Positions 30,901 to 41,100 of a DNA stretch of 64,000 bases are shown piece after piece (within the stretch, counting starts at the first letter, position 1; each line of letters opens with the position of its first letter). The notes under the pieces were generated by a model. That model did no database searches. It was not told the origin of the DNA and saw only the letters and a program-made list of their open reading frames with translations. Both the position numbers and the translations under genes were made by a program. Origin of the DNA: a bacterium (GTDB lineage: Bacteria; Acidobacteriota; Blastocatellia; HR10); NCBI GenBank assembly GCA_041640655.1, contig JBEPZV010000001.1, positions 160,229 to 224,228 of the forward strand. Reading direction: 5' to 3'.

Positions 30901-31171
30901 CGGTGTTGCACTGGAGGCAAGTGGTGTAGAGGACATTCTCCGCCTTCGCCAGTTCGTACTCCGGTCCCGGAGCCTGCGCCTGAGCCGGCGCGAAGATGTT
31001 GTGCATCCATTTCGCTCGGCTGGCCAGGAGCGCGGAGCCACCGAGCAGGGCCGAGGTTTTCAGCACAGCTCGCCGCGTCGCGCAAAAGGTCGGATCACTG
31101 ATGTTCTCGCTCGACGGCGTCGGCGACGAGTTTTGAGAAGCGGTGCTGTCGGTGAGCATTCTCTCTTTCAT
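27947..31171 (-). CDS. ttrA: Tat-exported molybdopterin oxidoreductase, tetrathionate reductase A-like
   Basis: RRAVLK Tat motif; CLQCNTGC...CPKG FeS motif; HTTVCQGS; SETSMYADYIFPD-like motif (GETSMYADYIFPD). Confidence 0.75.
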   Translation of the reverse strand: MKERMLTDSTASQNSSPTPSSENISDPTFCATRRAVLKTSALLGGSALLASRAKWMHNIFAPAQAQAPGPEYELAKAENVLYTTCLQCNTGCEIKAKILDGVVVKIDGSPYGPRAMWPHVAYDSSPLDMATVDGHICPKGQAGIQTHYDPYRVVKVLKRAGRRGENKWMTIPFEQAIEEIVNGGLLFAHVPGEENRVVTGLRELWAVRDPALMKSMADDVARIWDKKMTVEEFKAKYAAHLDKLIDPDHPDLGPKNNQLVFMWGRLKAGRAEFISRFVRDSFGSINAHGHTTVCQGSLYFTGKAMSDQYTGGKWTGGRKAYWMADTAHAEFIIYIGASPLEANYGPPFKAGKITKGAVDNRLKIAVVDPRFSKTAAKAWKWVPIKPGTEAALALGMIRWIIENERYDRRFLENANRGAARADNEPTWTNASWLVKIEADGRPSKFLRADEIGLGDADSFVVLRNGQPRAFKVDDEQTVVEGDLFVDAVVGGIRVKSALQLVYESAASRTIEEWAQICGIAAQDIVDLAREFTAHGKRAVMEPHRGVAQHTNGFYNVLAVMTVNLLIGNFDWKGGMIYGGGTYDQMGSTPGKPFNLGKHPAKLTPFGISIIRHEVNYEKTTLFSGYPAPRNWYPFASDIYQEIIPSAGDGYPYPIKALFIYMGSPVYALPAGHTNIEILADPNKIPLIVASDIIIGETSMYADYIFPDLSYLERWEFHGSHPSIPQKVSPVRQPVVAPLTETVTVFGEEMPLSLEALLLGLAEKMGLPGFGPNGFEPGKDLKRPEDFHLRVVANIAFGDKSDGTDAVPDASDEEVELFLKARRHLPPTVFDPARWEQIVGSRWWRKVIYVLNRGGRFENYSDAWVGDQAKSKYGKLASIYLEKVATTRSAMTGEYLPGVAVYLPIRDALGREVRDEGFALHLITHREIFHTKSRTVVDYWLLDLMPENFVLMNVEDAYRMGLADGDRVKIVSATNPNGVWDLKNGRRVPMIGTVKPVLGIRPGVVSFALGFGHWAVGSSDIMIDGVRIPGDERRAQGVHANAAMRVDDYLKNTCMVDTVGGSVSFYDTRVNVVKV

Positions 31172-31184
31172 CGTCACCCCCTCC

Positions 31185-32132
31185 TTATCGGTGACACACG
31201 CGGCAGGATAGCAGTCGGCGCACATTGGGCAATTCGTCCTCGATATAGAAGACGCGCGGCTGAGTCCCGGCGCTGGCCTTCACCTGCATCACCTTGTGCG
31301 TGGCCAGCAATTCGGAGACGAGACTCTGCGGATCATTCCTGTCGCCGAAGGACATCGCCCCGCCGATGCAGGTGGTCACGCAGGCCGGCAACATCCCGGC
31401 GTTGAGCCGATGCAAACAGAAGTGGCACTTGCGCGCGCGGCCGACCGGCGTCTGACCGCCCGCGCGCGTGTACTCGCCTTCGTATTCGTAGAACCTGCGC
31501 GTCTCGTAGGGCTGCGTCCCGCCGGGTGTATCGCTCGTGTAGAAATCACCGTCGTCGAAATAGAGGGCCGTGTATGGACAGGCCTGACGCGCGGCCTCGA
31601 ACGCTTCGCGCGAAGTGAATTTCGTGTAATCAATCGCCACGATGCCGTCGGGCCGCTTGGTGATCGCCCCCGGCGGGGCCGCTCTCATACAAGGCGGGTT
31701 GTCGCATTGCATGCAGTTGGTCGGCATGAACACGCGATTGAGGTTCGGGTACGTCCCGAATTCGATTTCGGGAACCGTTCGATAGGAAACGCCCGGCGGC
31801 GTCACATTCTCGGCTTTGCACGAGACGACGCACGCCTGACAACCGATGCAACGGCGCGGATCAATCACCATCACCCAGCTTCGCTCGGCGACCGGCTTGG
31901 CCAACGCCCGCTTCAAATCTTGTTGCATGCGTAAAAGGGCATTTTCGATCTGGGCCTGGTCGAGTCGGGTCTCTCGGGCCAGACCGGCAGCGGCTGTCTT
32001 CAGCGATGCGCGGTTGTCCCGGGCGACTTCGGCCAGTAGCGCTCCGGCCGCTCCCACCCCCACCAGTTTCAAGAACTTCCTCCTTTTGGCACGGCGCGTA
32101 GGCTCGTTCATCGTCGCCTCCTTCTGTGCCAT
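31185..32132 (-). CDS. ttrB: Tat-exported 4Fe-4S dicluster subunit (TtrB-like)
   Basis: RRKFLK; CIGCQAC..C, CMQCDNPPC, ACPY, CHFC..PACVTTC. Confidence 0.8.
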   Translation of the reverse strand: MAQKEATMNEPTRRAKRRKFLKLVGVGAAGALLAEVARDNRASLKTAAAGLARETRLDQAQIENALLRMQQDLKRALAKPVAERSWVMVIDPRRCIGCQACVVSCKAENVTPPGVSYRTVPEIEFGTYPNLNRVFMPTNCMQCDNPPCMRAAPPGAITKRPDGIVAIDYTKFTSREAFEAARQACPYTALYFDDGDFYTSDTPGGTQPYETRRFYEYEGEYTRAGGQTPVGRARKCHFCLHRLNAGMLPACVTTCIGGAMSFGDRNDPQSLVSELLATHKVMQVKASAGTQPRVFYIEDELPNVRRLLSCRVCHR

Positions 32133-32177
32133 CCTGAAATAGAGCCGCCCTCATGGGCGACCTGCAGTTCAGGGTTT

Positions 32178-32193
32178 AGCAACATCCATGCCA
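32178..32193 (-). promoter_or_regulatory. sigma54 promoter upstream of ttrB
   Basis: Minus strand reads TGGCATGGATGTTGCT. Confidence 0.65.
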
Positions 32194-32430
32194 CGCCATC
32201 ACTCTCCACGAGAGCGTGATAAAACTGACGGCATTCGCGTGAGTTGGAGATCCCGGTGGATCCGAAAGAGCGGACGAACACGGGGTATTTCGCCCAACCC
32301 GTGCGCGAAATCGCATAGGTTCAGGTTCGGGGTCGGTGATCCGGTGCGATTATCATTCAGGGTGTGTGGTTTGAGCGCATGTGCGAGGAGGGGGTATGCG
32401 CTTGGCGCGGTATCGTTGGCAGGGCCGGGA

Positions 32431-32673
32431 ATCGGCAATGCGGGACGAAACCTCCTGCCGGGTCCGGGGTGGGTGAACTTCGATTTCTCCGTGATCAAAA
32501 ACACCTATGTGACCGAGAGCGTCAATCTTCAGTTCCGAGCCGAGATCTTCAATCTCTTCAACCATCCGAACTTCTTCAACCCGGAGCGCTTCTTCGACAC
32601 GCCGCTTTTCGGGAAGGTGACGGCGGCGGCGGATCCTCGGCTCGTCCAGTTGGCGCTGAAGGTGATCTTTTAA
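32431..32673 (+). pseudogene. 3' fragment of an Acidobacteria-type TonB-dependent receptor
   Basis: GNAGRN..GPG..NFDFS..K...LQFRAEIFNLFNHPNF...PRLVQLALKVIF. Confidence 0.8.
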
Positions 32674-33754
32674 ACGCAGCGCCTTCGCCGGGAGTGACGG
32701 CTCGTGCGCCTCGGTGGGAGGCGGGTCGTCACCCCCTGGTGTGGTTCGCCGGATCTCGCGCGGGGGCCTCATGAGGATCGCGGCAAGAGGCGCGTCCCGG
32801 ATCAAGAGCAGGGCGTGGACGAGCCCGCTGTCAGATACAGGCGCAGGGAGCGCGCAGGCCGCTTGCCGATCATACCACAGCCGGAGCCGACGCAAGGGGA
32901 AAGGGTCCGGGCAGCGGTTCGCCGTCCGCGCATCCGGTCCCAGACGGCGCGCCAGCTCGCTCGCGTCAAGGCCGATGCTATGGGGAGGGGGGTGAGGGTG
33001 CTCGTTGGATTGGTCGTCGGCGAGCGGCCGAGGGCCAGGTCCAGGCTCTGTGTGAAGGCACGAGTGGCTGTCCAGATTGTGGAGCCGTTTTGCTGGGAGC
33101 GGGGGGCTGATGAAGGTCCCCATCTGGGGCTGTGCTCTCGATGGGGTTCCCTGAAGGTCCCCTCCGTTTCGACCTTTGGGCGGATCATCGTGCGCGACCC
33201 TCAGAAGATGTGGGTCAGTTGGGGGCGCTTGGACGCGTGGGGGGTGAAAAGGATGGACTTTTGGTGCCCGGACACGATCGTGCGGGTACTGGAAGGGTCG
33301 AGGCGAGACATTCTGATTCATAGTCCTTGCCGATGGTGCCGGCGTGTGCGCGCCGGTCGCTAGTGCAAGAGGGTGGGGGGGGGTCTTTCAAAAGCTTCTC
33401 CGAAGTGCTGGCCGTAGGCGGATTCGGCCATGCCTCTGGGGGGCTTGCGGGCGTCGTGGACGCCGACAACGGGCCGGAGATTAGGGAGGCCAGGCTCACG
33501 GGCGGCGAAGGCCTAGGGCACTTCGCCCTCCACCCTTGCTCGCCCAAACAAGACGCCGCTCTCGCTTCAATCGCACCCTGCGGGGAACCTTCGTAGACTT
33601 CCACGAAGAGCTGCTCCTTACGGACCACAACGCCTTCAGCCGCCGCCTCGCCGCCTTCCTGATCGCTTCCAACATTTCTATCTCCCCCTCAATCTGCAAC
33701 CCCCGTCCGGGCCTTCGCCCGTTAATCTGTCCCAAAGATACAGATCCAACCCTC

Positions 33755-33782
33755 TTGACAGGAGATCGGGGCGTGCTATAAT
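33755..33782 (+). promoter_or_regulatory. consensus sigma70 promoter with extended -10
   Basis: TTGACA (33755)-N16-TATAAT (33777), preceded by TG. Confidence 0.8.
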
Positions 33783-33820
33783 TGTTTTGCCAAACGAAAA
33801 TAAGTTTTATTGTACGAAAC

Positions 33821-34882
33821 ATGAAACGGCTGCGCGCGACGTCGGATCGGTACGTGGTCGAGGCCGTTGTGAAGGCGCTCGAGCTGTTGGATGCCTTCCA
33901 AGAGGCCATCGAAGTGATGCGGAAAGTGGACACGCTCATCGGGGATAAAACGGGCACGCTGACGGAGGGCAAGCCCAAACTCGTCACGGTGGTTCCCGCA
34001 GAAGGCTGGGACGAGCGGACGGTGCTGCGACTGGCCGCCAGCTTGGAGCGCGGCAGCGAGCATCCACTGGCGGCAGCCATCGTCGCGGGAGCGCGCGAGC
34101 GGGCGGTTGAGCTGACCGACGCGGAGTCCTTTGAATCAGTCCCGGGCAAGGGCGTGAAGGGTCGAGTTGACGGTTGTGCCGTCAGTTTGGGCAATCACAA
34201 GCTGCTCGGCGATCTCGGGATTGATCCGGACGATCTGACGACGACAGCGGAGGCCTTGCGGGCCGACGGTCAAACGGTGATGTTCCTGGCGGTAGAAGGC
34301 GCGGTGGCCGGTCTGCTCGGTGTGACTGACCCGATCAAGGCGACGACGCCGGAGGCTATTCGGCAGCTTCACGACGAAGGCATCCGCATCGTCATGGTCA
34401 CCGGCGACAATCATACGACGGCACAGGCGGTCGCCGGGAAGCTCAATATTGACGAGGTGGTCGCCGAAGTCCTGCCCGACCAGAAGGTCGAAGTGGTCAA
34501 GAAGCTCCAGGCCGAAGGCCGAATTGTGGCGATGGCCGGGGATGGCATCAACGATGCTCCGGCGTTGGCTCAAGCTCACGTGGGGATTGCCATGGGCACG
34601 GGCACGGATGTGGCGATGGAGAGCGCGGGAGTGACATTGGTCAAGGGAGACCTCCGGGGCATTGTCCGGGCGCGGCGTCTGAGCCGGGCGACCATGCGCA
34701 ACATCAAAGAGAACCTTTTCTTCGCCTTCATCTACAGCTTGCTCGGCGTGCCGATTGCGGCCGGAGTGCTCTATCCGTTCTTCGGCATCCTGCTCAGTCC
34801 GATCATCGCGGCGGCGGCGATGAGCTTCAGTTCGGTGTCTGTAGTGGGCAACGCGCTGCGGCTGCGGCGGGTGCGCTTATAA
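33821..34882 (+). pseudogene. IclR N-terminal stub fused in frame to the C-terminal half of a CopA-type P1B ATPase
   Basis: [16 protein letters not shown] followed by [28 protein letters not shown]; no TM1-6, CPC or TGE. Confidence 0.75.
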
Positions 34883-34925
34883 AAGGATTGTGCGATAGGG
34901 GTACGGTGTGGTAATCTTATCATCT

Positions 34926-35276
34926 ATGATCCGAGTGGCGGTGGTCATTATCCTGCTCTTGATTCCGGCAACCGATTTGCTGACGCCGGGACTCTGCCCC
35001 GAGGATCTCCAAGGGACGCCGATGCTGGCGATGGTCAACCAAAGCTGTGCAAGCCAGAGCGTCACTTCAACTACGCTCGCTGAACAACAGCAACATCCTC
35101 ACCACTCGAATTCTCCTCCGGAAGATGAATGTTTTTGCTGCTGCCATCATGTTGTGCTGCAATTGATCTTTGTTCCTCCAAACCATGAAACTTCCGTCAA
35201 AGTAATCCCAGAGGCGGTTGAAGATTTGGTGTCACCCACGGGCGACCCACCCTATCATCCCCCCCGCTTCTCCTAA
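34926..35276 (+). CDS. small exported Cys/His-rich protein preceding czc (CzcI/DUF2946-like)
   Basis: Signal-like N-terminus; HPHH, CFCCCHH, C-terminal PPYHPPR. Confidence 0.6.
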   Translation: MIRVAVVIILLLIPATDLLTPGLCPEDLQGTPMLAMVNQSCASQSVTSTTLAEQQQHPHHSNSPPEDECFCCCHHVVLQLIFVPPNHETSVKVIPEAVEDLVSPTGDPPYHPPRFS

Positions 35277-35455
35277 TCTCGCTGCTCAACACTCGACAAC
35301 TGTTCACCCTGCTGCGATAAGCAGCGGTGCGTGAATCCATTTAACGGAGGTGTGCTCTGGGCATGGCGCCCTTCATCCATCGAATGAAGGAAGCGCCGGG
35401 CTGCCTCCGGCGATGGCCGAGCAACCCGCTCGGTGAGCAGAATGACGAGGTGAGT

Positions 35456-36856
35456 ATGAAACTCAAATCATTCAGAAAATTTGTTCGCATGGCATTCGTT
35501 TTCTGTCTGATCATTCGGCTGGTTGCGCTTCATGTTTGGGCGCAATCTCAGTCGGTTAGCCAGACACCGGATCAAGAAACTTTGGATTTTTCAGTGCGCC
35601 CGAACATAACCGTTTCTTTCACGAAGTATGTTGATCCTGTCCAGGGCACCGGCGTGGAAGAACTGGTGCAAAGGGCGCTCACGCGGAACGCCGAATTGCT
35701 GGCCGCTCGCCAACGAGCGACCGAAGCGCAAGGACTCCTTCTTCAAGCTGGATTCCGCCCCAATCCCGGATTTGAAGTCAGCATGACCAATGGCTCTATC
35801 CTGGGCAGCCGAGGCGAGCGCGAACTGACGCTCGGCTACGCCCATACATTTGAACTGGGTGGGAAACGGGAGCGCCGAGTTGAAGTGGCTCAGATCGGGT
35901 TGGAACTCGCTCAGCTTGAAATCGCTGACCGTGAGCGTCAACTGAAAGCAGACATCAAAGCCCGTTATGGCGAAGCGCTGGCGGCGGTGCGGAATCTGGA
36001 AATCGCCGAGCGATTGTTGCAACTGAATCAGCAAGTCTATCACCTGACCCAAGCGCGCGTGCGCGAAGGCGAAGCCGCACCGGTTGAACAAGGACTGCTC
36101 CAGGTGGAGGTCGGTCGTATCGAGTCAGATCGGCTGCTGTTTGAGAATCAGGTCGCCCGCGCCATCCTGGAGTTAAAGACGCTCGCGGGAATGAGTCTGG
36201 ACGAACCACTTCGGCTGAGGGGCGATCTGAGCACGCCGCCGGTCACGATCTCGCTTGTCGAGGCGATCGAGCGGGCGCTCAGCGAACGACCTGATCTGAA
36301 AATCGCTCGTCTGGAAGAAAACCTCGGAGAGGCCGAAGTTCGGCTGGCCCGCGCCGAAGCTACTCCCAATCTGATCGGCTTTGCCCGCTACACGCGGGTC
36401 AACTCGCGCTTCGATCAGTTTGGGCTGAGGGGAGCAGGAGGACTTGTTCCGATCCGGGATACGGATAATTTGTTCACTGCCGGTGTGTCCATCACACTGC
36501 CTACACGCAACCGCAATCAAGGTAACATTCAAGCCGCCATTGCCCGACGAGAAGCGGCGCGGTTGCGCCGGCAGTTTATTGAACAGGTCGTGCGGCGCGA
36601 AGTCCAGGCGGCTTACAGCCGGTATGAGACGGCGCGCCGGGCACTGGAGATTTTCGATCAAAGAGTCATTGGGCAGGCCCAGGATAATCTGCGCATCATT
36701 CGGGCCGCCTACAGCCTCGGCGAATTGCGCATCTTTGACGTGATCAATGAGCAACGGCGGTTGATTGATACGCAGAAAGCGTACACCGAGGTACTCAAGG
36801 AATACTACCTGGCGCTGGTGGAGCTCGAGCGCGCCGTTGGAGCACCGATCAGGTAA
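35456..36856 (+). CDS. czcC: TolC family outer-membrane efflux protein
   Basis: QAGFRPNP, ELGGKR, RNRNQGNI; upstream of MFP and RND genes. Confidence 0.85.
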   Translation: MKLKSFRKFVRMAFVFCLIIRLVALHVWAQSQSVSQTPDQETLDFSVRPNITVSFTKYVDPVQGTGVEELVQRALTRNAELLAARQRATEAQGLLLQAGFRPNPGFEVSMTNGSILGSRGERELTLGYAHTFELGGKRERRVEVAQIGLELAQLEIADRERQLKADIKARYGEALAAVRNLEIAERLLQLNQQVYHLTQARVREGEAAPVEQGLLQVEVGRIESDRLLFENQVARAILELKTLAGMSLDEPLRLRGDLSTPPVTISLVEAIERALSERPDLKIARLEENLGEAEVRLARAEATPNLIGFARYTRVNSRFDQFGLRGAGGLVPIRDTDNLFTAGVSITLPTRNRNQGNIQAAIARREAARLRRQFIEQVVRREVQAAYSRYETARRALEIFDQRVIGQAQDNLRIIRAAYSLGELRIFDVINEQRRLIDTQKAYTEVLKEYYLALVELERAVGAPIR

Positions 36857-36868
36857 AAGGAGGTTCAG

Positions 36869-38176
36869 ATGAAGAGCGAGAAAGTTTCAAAAATCAAAAC
36901 GTGGATGGAAGGGAGGAGCAAAACCCGGACGATGGTCATTCTTTGGGTGGTATTTCTCCTGATCGTGATCGTTGCCAGAGTGTGGTGGAGCTCACATCAG
37001 TCGGACATAAACGACGAAGCGAGCGGTCGTGAGGAAACCTTGGAAGCGGCTGCTCCAAATGTGGTGACGCTCGACGCTGCCGCTCAGCGCAACATTGGTC
37101 TGAGGGTGGAAGCCGCGCAGATCAGGACCATCGTGCAAACGATTCAAACGACCGGTGTCGTCGGCCCGAACGAGACGCGGGTGGCGCATATTCGTCCGCT
37201 GGCGCGGGGTCGGATCGAGAAGGTCTACGTGCGGCTGGGCGACCGCGTGCGCGCCGGGCAGCCGCTGGTCGCCTATGACAATATCGAACTCGGCGAATTG
37301 ATCGGGGAGTATCTGAGTGCGGTGGCCGCGCTGGAGAAGGCGAATGCGGAGGCTGAAGTGGCGAAACGTTCACTCGAGAGGGCGCAAAATCTGGTCGAAC
37401 TCGGGGCCATCGCGAGAGCCGAATATGAGAGGCGAAATGCGGAGTACAAAAACGCGCTGGCTGCAATCAACAGCCAGAAGGCCGAGATCGCCAAGATCGA
37501 GGAGAAACTGCATCGCTTTGGGCTCACTGATGCAGATATCGCGCAAGTTACCAACCTGCGCCACACGCCATTTCACCGGGAAGCCTCCCACAGCGTCCTG
37601 CGCGCTCCCTTCGATGGCGTCGTGATCAAGTCCGATGTGGCCGAAGGCGAGGTGGTGGAAACGGACCGCGAACTCTTCACGATCGCTGATCTCTCAACTG
37701 TCTGGGTGCAGGCGGATGTCTATGAAAAGGACATCGCCTCGATCCGCGAAGGTCAGGAGGTGAAGGTTCTTGTGGATGCTTATCCAGGCGAAACGTTCGT
37801 CGGGAAGATCACCTACGTGAGCGATTTTCTTGATCCGAAGACGCGCACGGCCAAAGTCCGCTGTGAAGTGCCCAACCCCGATGGTCGGCTGAAACTGGAG
37901 ATGTTTGCCACGATTCAAATTCCTACGCCGATAGGCCGAGAAGCGGTGATGATTCCCACGGCGGCAGTTCAGCAGATTGATGACAAGCCAGTTGTGTTTG
38001 TGAAAACCGGCGACACACAGTTTCAAAAACGCGATGTTCAACTTGGGAATCAAAGTGATGGTTGGGTTGAGGTCAAGAGCGGGTTGAAAGCGGGCGAGGT
38101 CGTGGTGACGCAAGGAAGCTTTTACTTGAAATCCATGCTACTGCGAGAGCAGATCGGTGGGGAGGAGGGGCACTGA
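36869..38176 (+). CDS. czcB: RND membrane fusion protein
   Basis: GDRVRAGQPL, LRAPFDGVV, ADLSTVWV, DPKTRT. Confidence 0.9.
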   Translation: MKSEKVSKIKTWMEGRSKTRTMVILWVVFLLIVIVARVWWSSHQSDINDEASGREETLEAAAPNVVTLDAAAQRNIGLRVEAAQIRTIVQTIQTTGVVGPNETRVAHIRPLARGRIEKVYVRLGDRVRAGQPLVAYDNIELGELIGEYLSAVAALEKANAEAEVAKRSLERAQNLVELGAIARAEYERRNAEYKNALAAINSQKAEIAKIEEKLHRFGLTDADIAQVTNLRHTPFHREASHSVLRAPFDGVVIKSDVAEGEVVETDRELFTIADLSTVWVQADVYEKDIASIREGQEVKVLVDAYPGETFVGKITYVSDFLDPKTRTAKVRCEVPNPDGRLKLEMFATIQIPTPIGREAVMIPTAAVQQIDDKPVVFVKTGDTQFQKRDVQLGNQSDGWVEVKSGLKAGEVVVTQGSFYLKSMLLREQIGGEEGH

Positions 38177-38178
38177 CC

Positions 38179-41100
38179 ATGCATCGGATCATTGAACTCT
38201 CACTCAAGTATCGCTTTTTGGTCATCGTGCTCACGCTGCTGATGATTGGTGTCGGCATCTATAACTTGCGGCGGCTGCCCATTGATGCCGTGCCCGACAT
38301 CACACCCAATCAGGTGTTAATCCTGACGCGCGCGCCCGGTCTTGGGCCGGTCGAGGTCGAACGCTTCATCACCTTTCCCGTCGAAACAGCGATGAGCGGA
38401 CTGCCCGGCGTTACCGAGATTCGCTCTATCTCTCGCTTTGGACTCTCCGTAGTTTATGTCTTCTTTGAGGAGTCCATGGACATCTACTTCGCACGGCGTC
38501 TGGTAATGGAACGGCTGCCGCAGGCGCGGGAGATGATACCGCCAGGCTTCGGCAGCCCTGAGATGGGGCCGATATCGACGGGCCTGGGCGAAATCTATCA
38601 GTTCGAGGTGAGGGGAGAGGGCTATTCGCTGATGGAGCTGCGCTCAATCCTGGAATGGGATATTGCGTTCAAACTCCGTTCGGTGCCCGGCGTCGTCGAG
38701 GTCAATACATACGGCGGCGAACTGAAGACCTATGAGGTGCAGCTCGATGCCAACAAGCTCGTCGGTTACAACATCTCGCTTGAACAAGTGATGGAGGCGC
38801 TGGAGCGTAACAACTTCTCGACCGGCGGCGCCTACATTGAACACAATCAAGAACAACAGGTCATACGGGGAGAAGGGCTTGTTGAAAATCTTCAGGACAT
38901 CGAGAACATCGTGGTGGCGGCCACTCCGGAAGGCGTCCCGATTTACATTAAGAACATCGGGAAGGTTGCTTTCGCTCCGCGGGTGCGCCAGGGTGCAGTA
39001 ACTCGTGATGGTCGAGGCGAAGTAGTCACCGGCGTGGTAATGATGCTCACCGGCGAGAACTCGCGGGTCGTAGTCCAGCGGGTAAAAGAGAGACTTGAGG
39101 AGATCAAGAAATCGCTGCCGCCGGGCGTGGTTCTTGACGGCTACTATGATCGCACCGATTTGGTACGCAAGACCATTAACACTGTCACCAAGAATCTCAC
39201 CGAAGGCGCGTTATTGGTGATTGCCGTGTTGCTTTTGCTGCTGGGCAATCTGCGCGGCGGCCTGATCGTGGCCTCGGCCATCCCGCTCTCGATGCTGGTG
39301 GCATTCACCGGCATGATGTACGCCAAGTTGTCAGGCAACCTGATGAGCCTCGGGGCAATTGATTTCGGACTCATCGTTGATGGATCGGTGGTGATGATTG
39401 AAAACATCGTGCGGAAGCTGGCGGAGCGGAATAAAGAGAATCCAGGGGATCCCATGGCGGCCATCTTGGAGGCGGGGCGTGAGGTCGCGCGGCCCGTCTT
39501 CTTCGCCGTGGGCATTATCATCATCGTCTACCTGCCCATTCTCACCCTACAGGGCGTGGAAGGCAAGATGTTTCGGCCAATGGCGTTGACGGTGATCTTT
39601 GCGCTCTGCGCCGCGCTGGTGTTGTCGCTCACGTTGATGCCGGTGCTCGCCTCGATCGTCTTCCGGCGCGGGGTAGAAGAGCATGAGACCTGGGTCATTC
39701 GCAAGGTGAAACAGGCGTATCTGCCGATTCTGAGGAAAGCCGTTGATCACCCTCGCCTCACGGTATCCATAGCCGCTACGATCTTCCTGCTGAGCGTGGT
39801 TGTGGCCTTGACGATGGGGGCGGAGTTCATTCCCCGTCTGGATGAAGGAGTCATCGCCCTGCAAGCGTGGCGGCTGCCGAGCGTGGCGCTCTCGGAAGCA
39901 GTCAAGAATACAACTCTGATCGAAAAGACGTTGAAACAATTTCCTGAAGTCACATCCGTTATCTCCCGGACCGGACAAGCGGAGATTCCCACCGACCCGA
40001 TGGGGGTTGAGGTCAGTGACATTTACGTACTGCTCAAACCTCGCGACGAATGGACGACGGCCAAGACCCGTGAGGAGTTGATTAAAAAAATAGATCGGGC
40101 TTTGAAAGAAAACGTACCGGGCACGATCTTCAGCTACTCCCAGCCGATTGAACTCCGGATGCAAGAGCTGATTGCCGGTGTGCGCTCCGACATCGCTATC
40201 AAGCTCTATGGCGATGACCTGGAGGTGCTGAAACAGAAAGCCGACGAGATCGTGCGGGTGATCTCACGAATTCCCGGCGCGGCTGACACCAAGGCCGAGC
40301 AAGTGGCTGGGCTGCCGTTCTTACGCATTCGCATCAACCGCGAGGCCATCGCCCGCTATGGCATCAACGCCGCACAAATTCTCGATGTGGTGGAGGCGAT
40401 GGGCGGCAAGATCGTCGGGCAAGTCCTCGAAGGCCAGCGCCGCTTTTTCTTGCAAGTGCGATTTCAAGAGAGCGACCGACAAGACGTGGAGCAAATCAAG
40501 AACATCAAAGTGGCTGACCCGCAAGGGCGACTCATTCCCATCAGCCAACTGGCTGACGTGTGGGTTGAACAAGGCCCGGCGCAGATCAGCCGGGAGAACC
40601 TTCACCGGCGCATCACAGTCGAGACGAACGTTCGCGGGCGAGACATTGCCAGTTTTGTCGCTGAGGCCCGGCGAGCCATTGAGCAAAAGGTTAAACTACC
40701 ACCCGGCTACTGGCTGGAGTGGGGCGGCCAGTTTGAGAACTTGCAGCGGGCCAGCGCGCGGCTCGCCCTTGTCGTGCCGCTGGCGCTCTTTCTCATCTTC
40801 GTCTTGCTCTACACGACCTTTAACTCAGCACGGCTCGCCGCGCTCATCTTCATCAACGTCCCAATGGCGGCAACGGGTGGCGTCTTCGCGCTGTTTGTGC
40901 GCGGCATGCCGTTCAGCATCTCGGCAGGCGTTGGATTCATTGCGCTGTTCGGCGTCGCTGTGCTCAACGGCGTCGTGCTCGTCAGTTACATCAAGAAGAT
41001 GCGAGAGGAAGGCGCACCACCCATCGAAGCGGCAATGAAAGCCGCCGAGATTCGCCTTCGTCCGGTGCTGATGACAGCACTTGTGGCCAGTCTGGGGTTC

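Noticed and set aside
27947..31171. Calling the molybdoenzyme an arsenate reductase (ArrA/ArxA) because of the neighbouring ars-like genes
   Set aside because: Length and motifs (CLQCNTGC, HTTVC) fit the TtrA/SrdA clade better; substrate is unproven.
32700..33720. Possible transposase or toxin-antitoxin remnant
   Set aside because: Only broken short frames; no motif or terminal repeat I can support.
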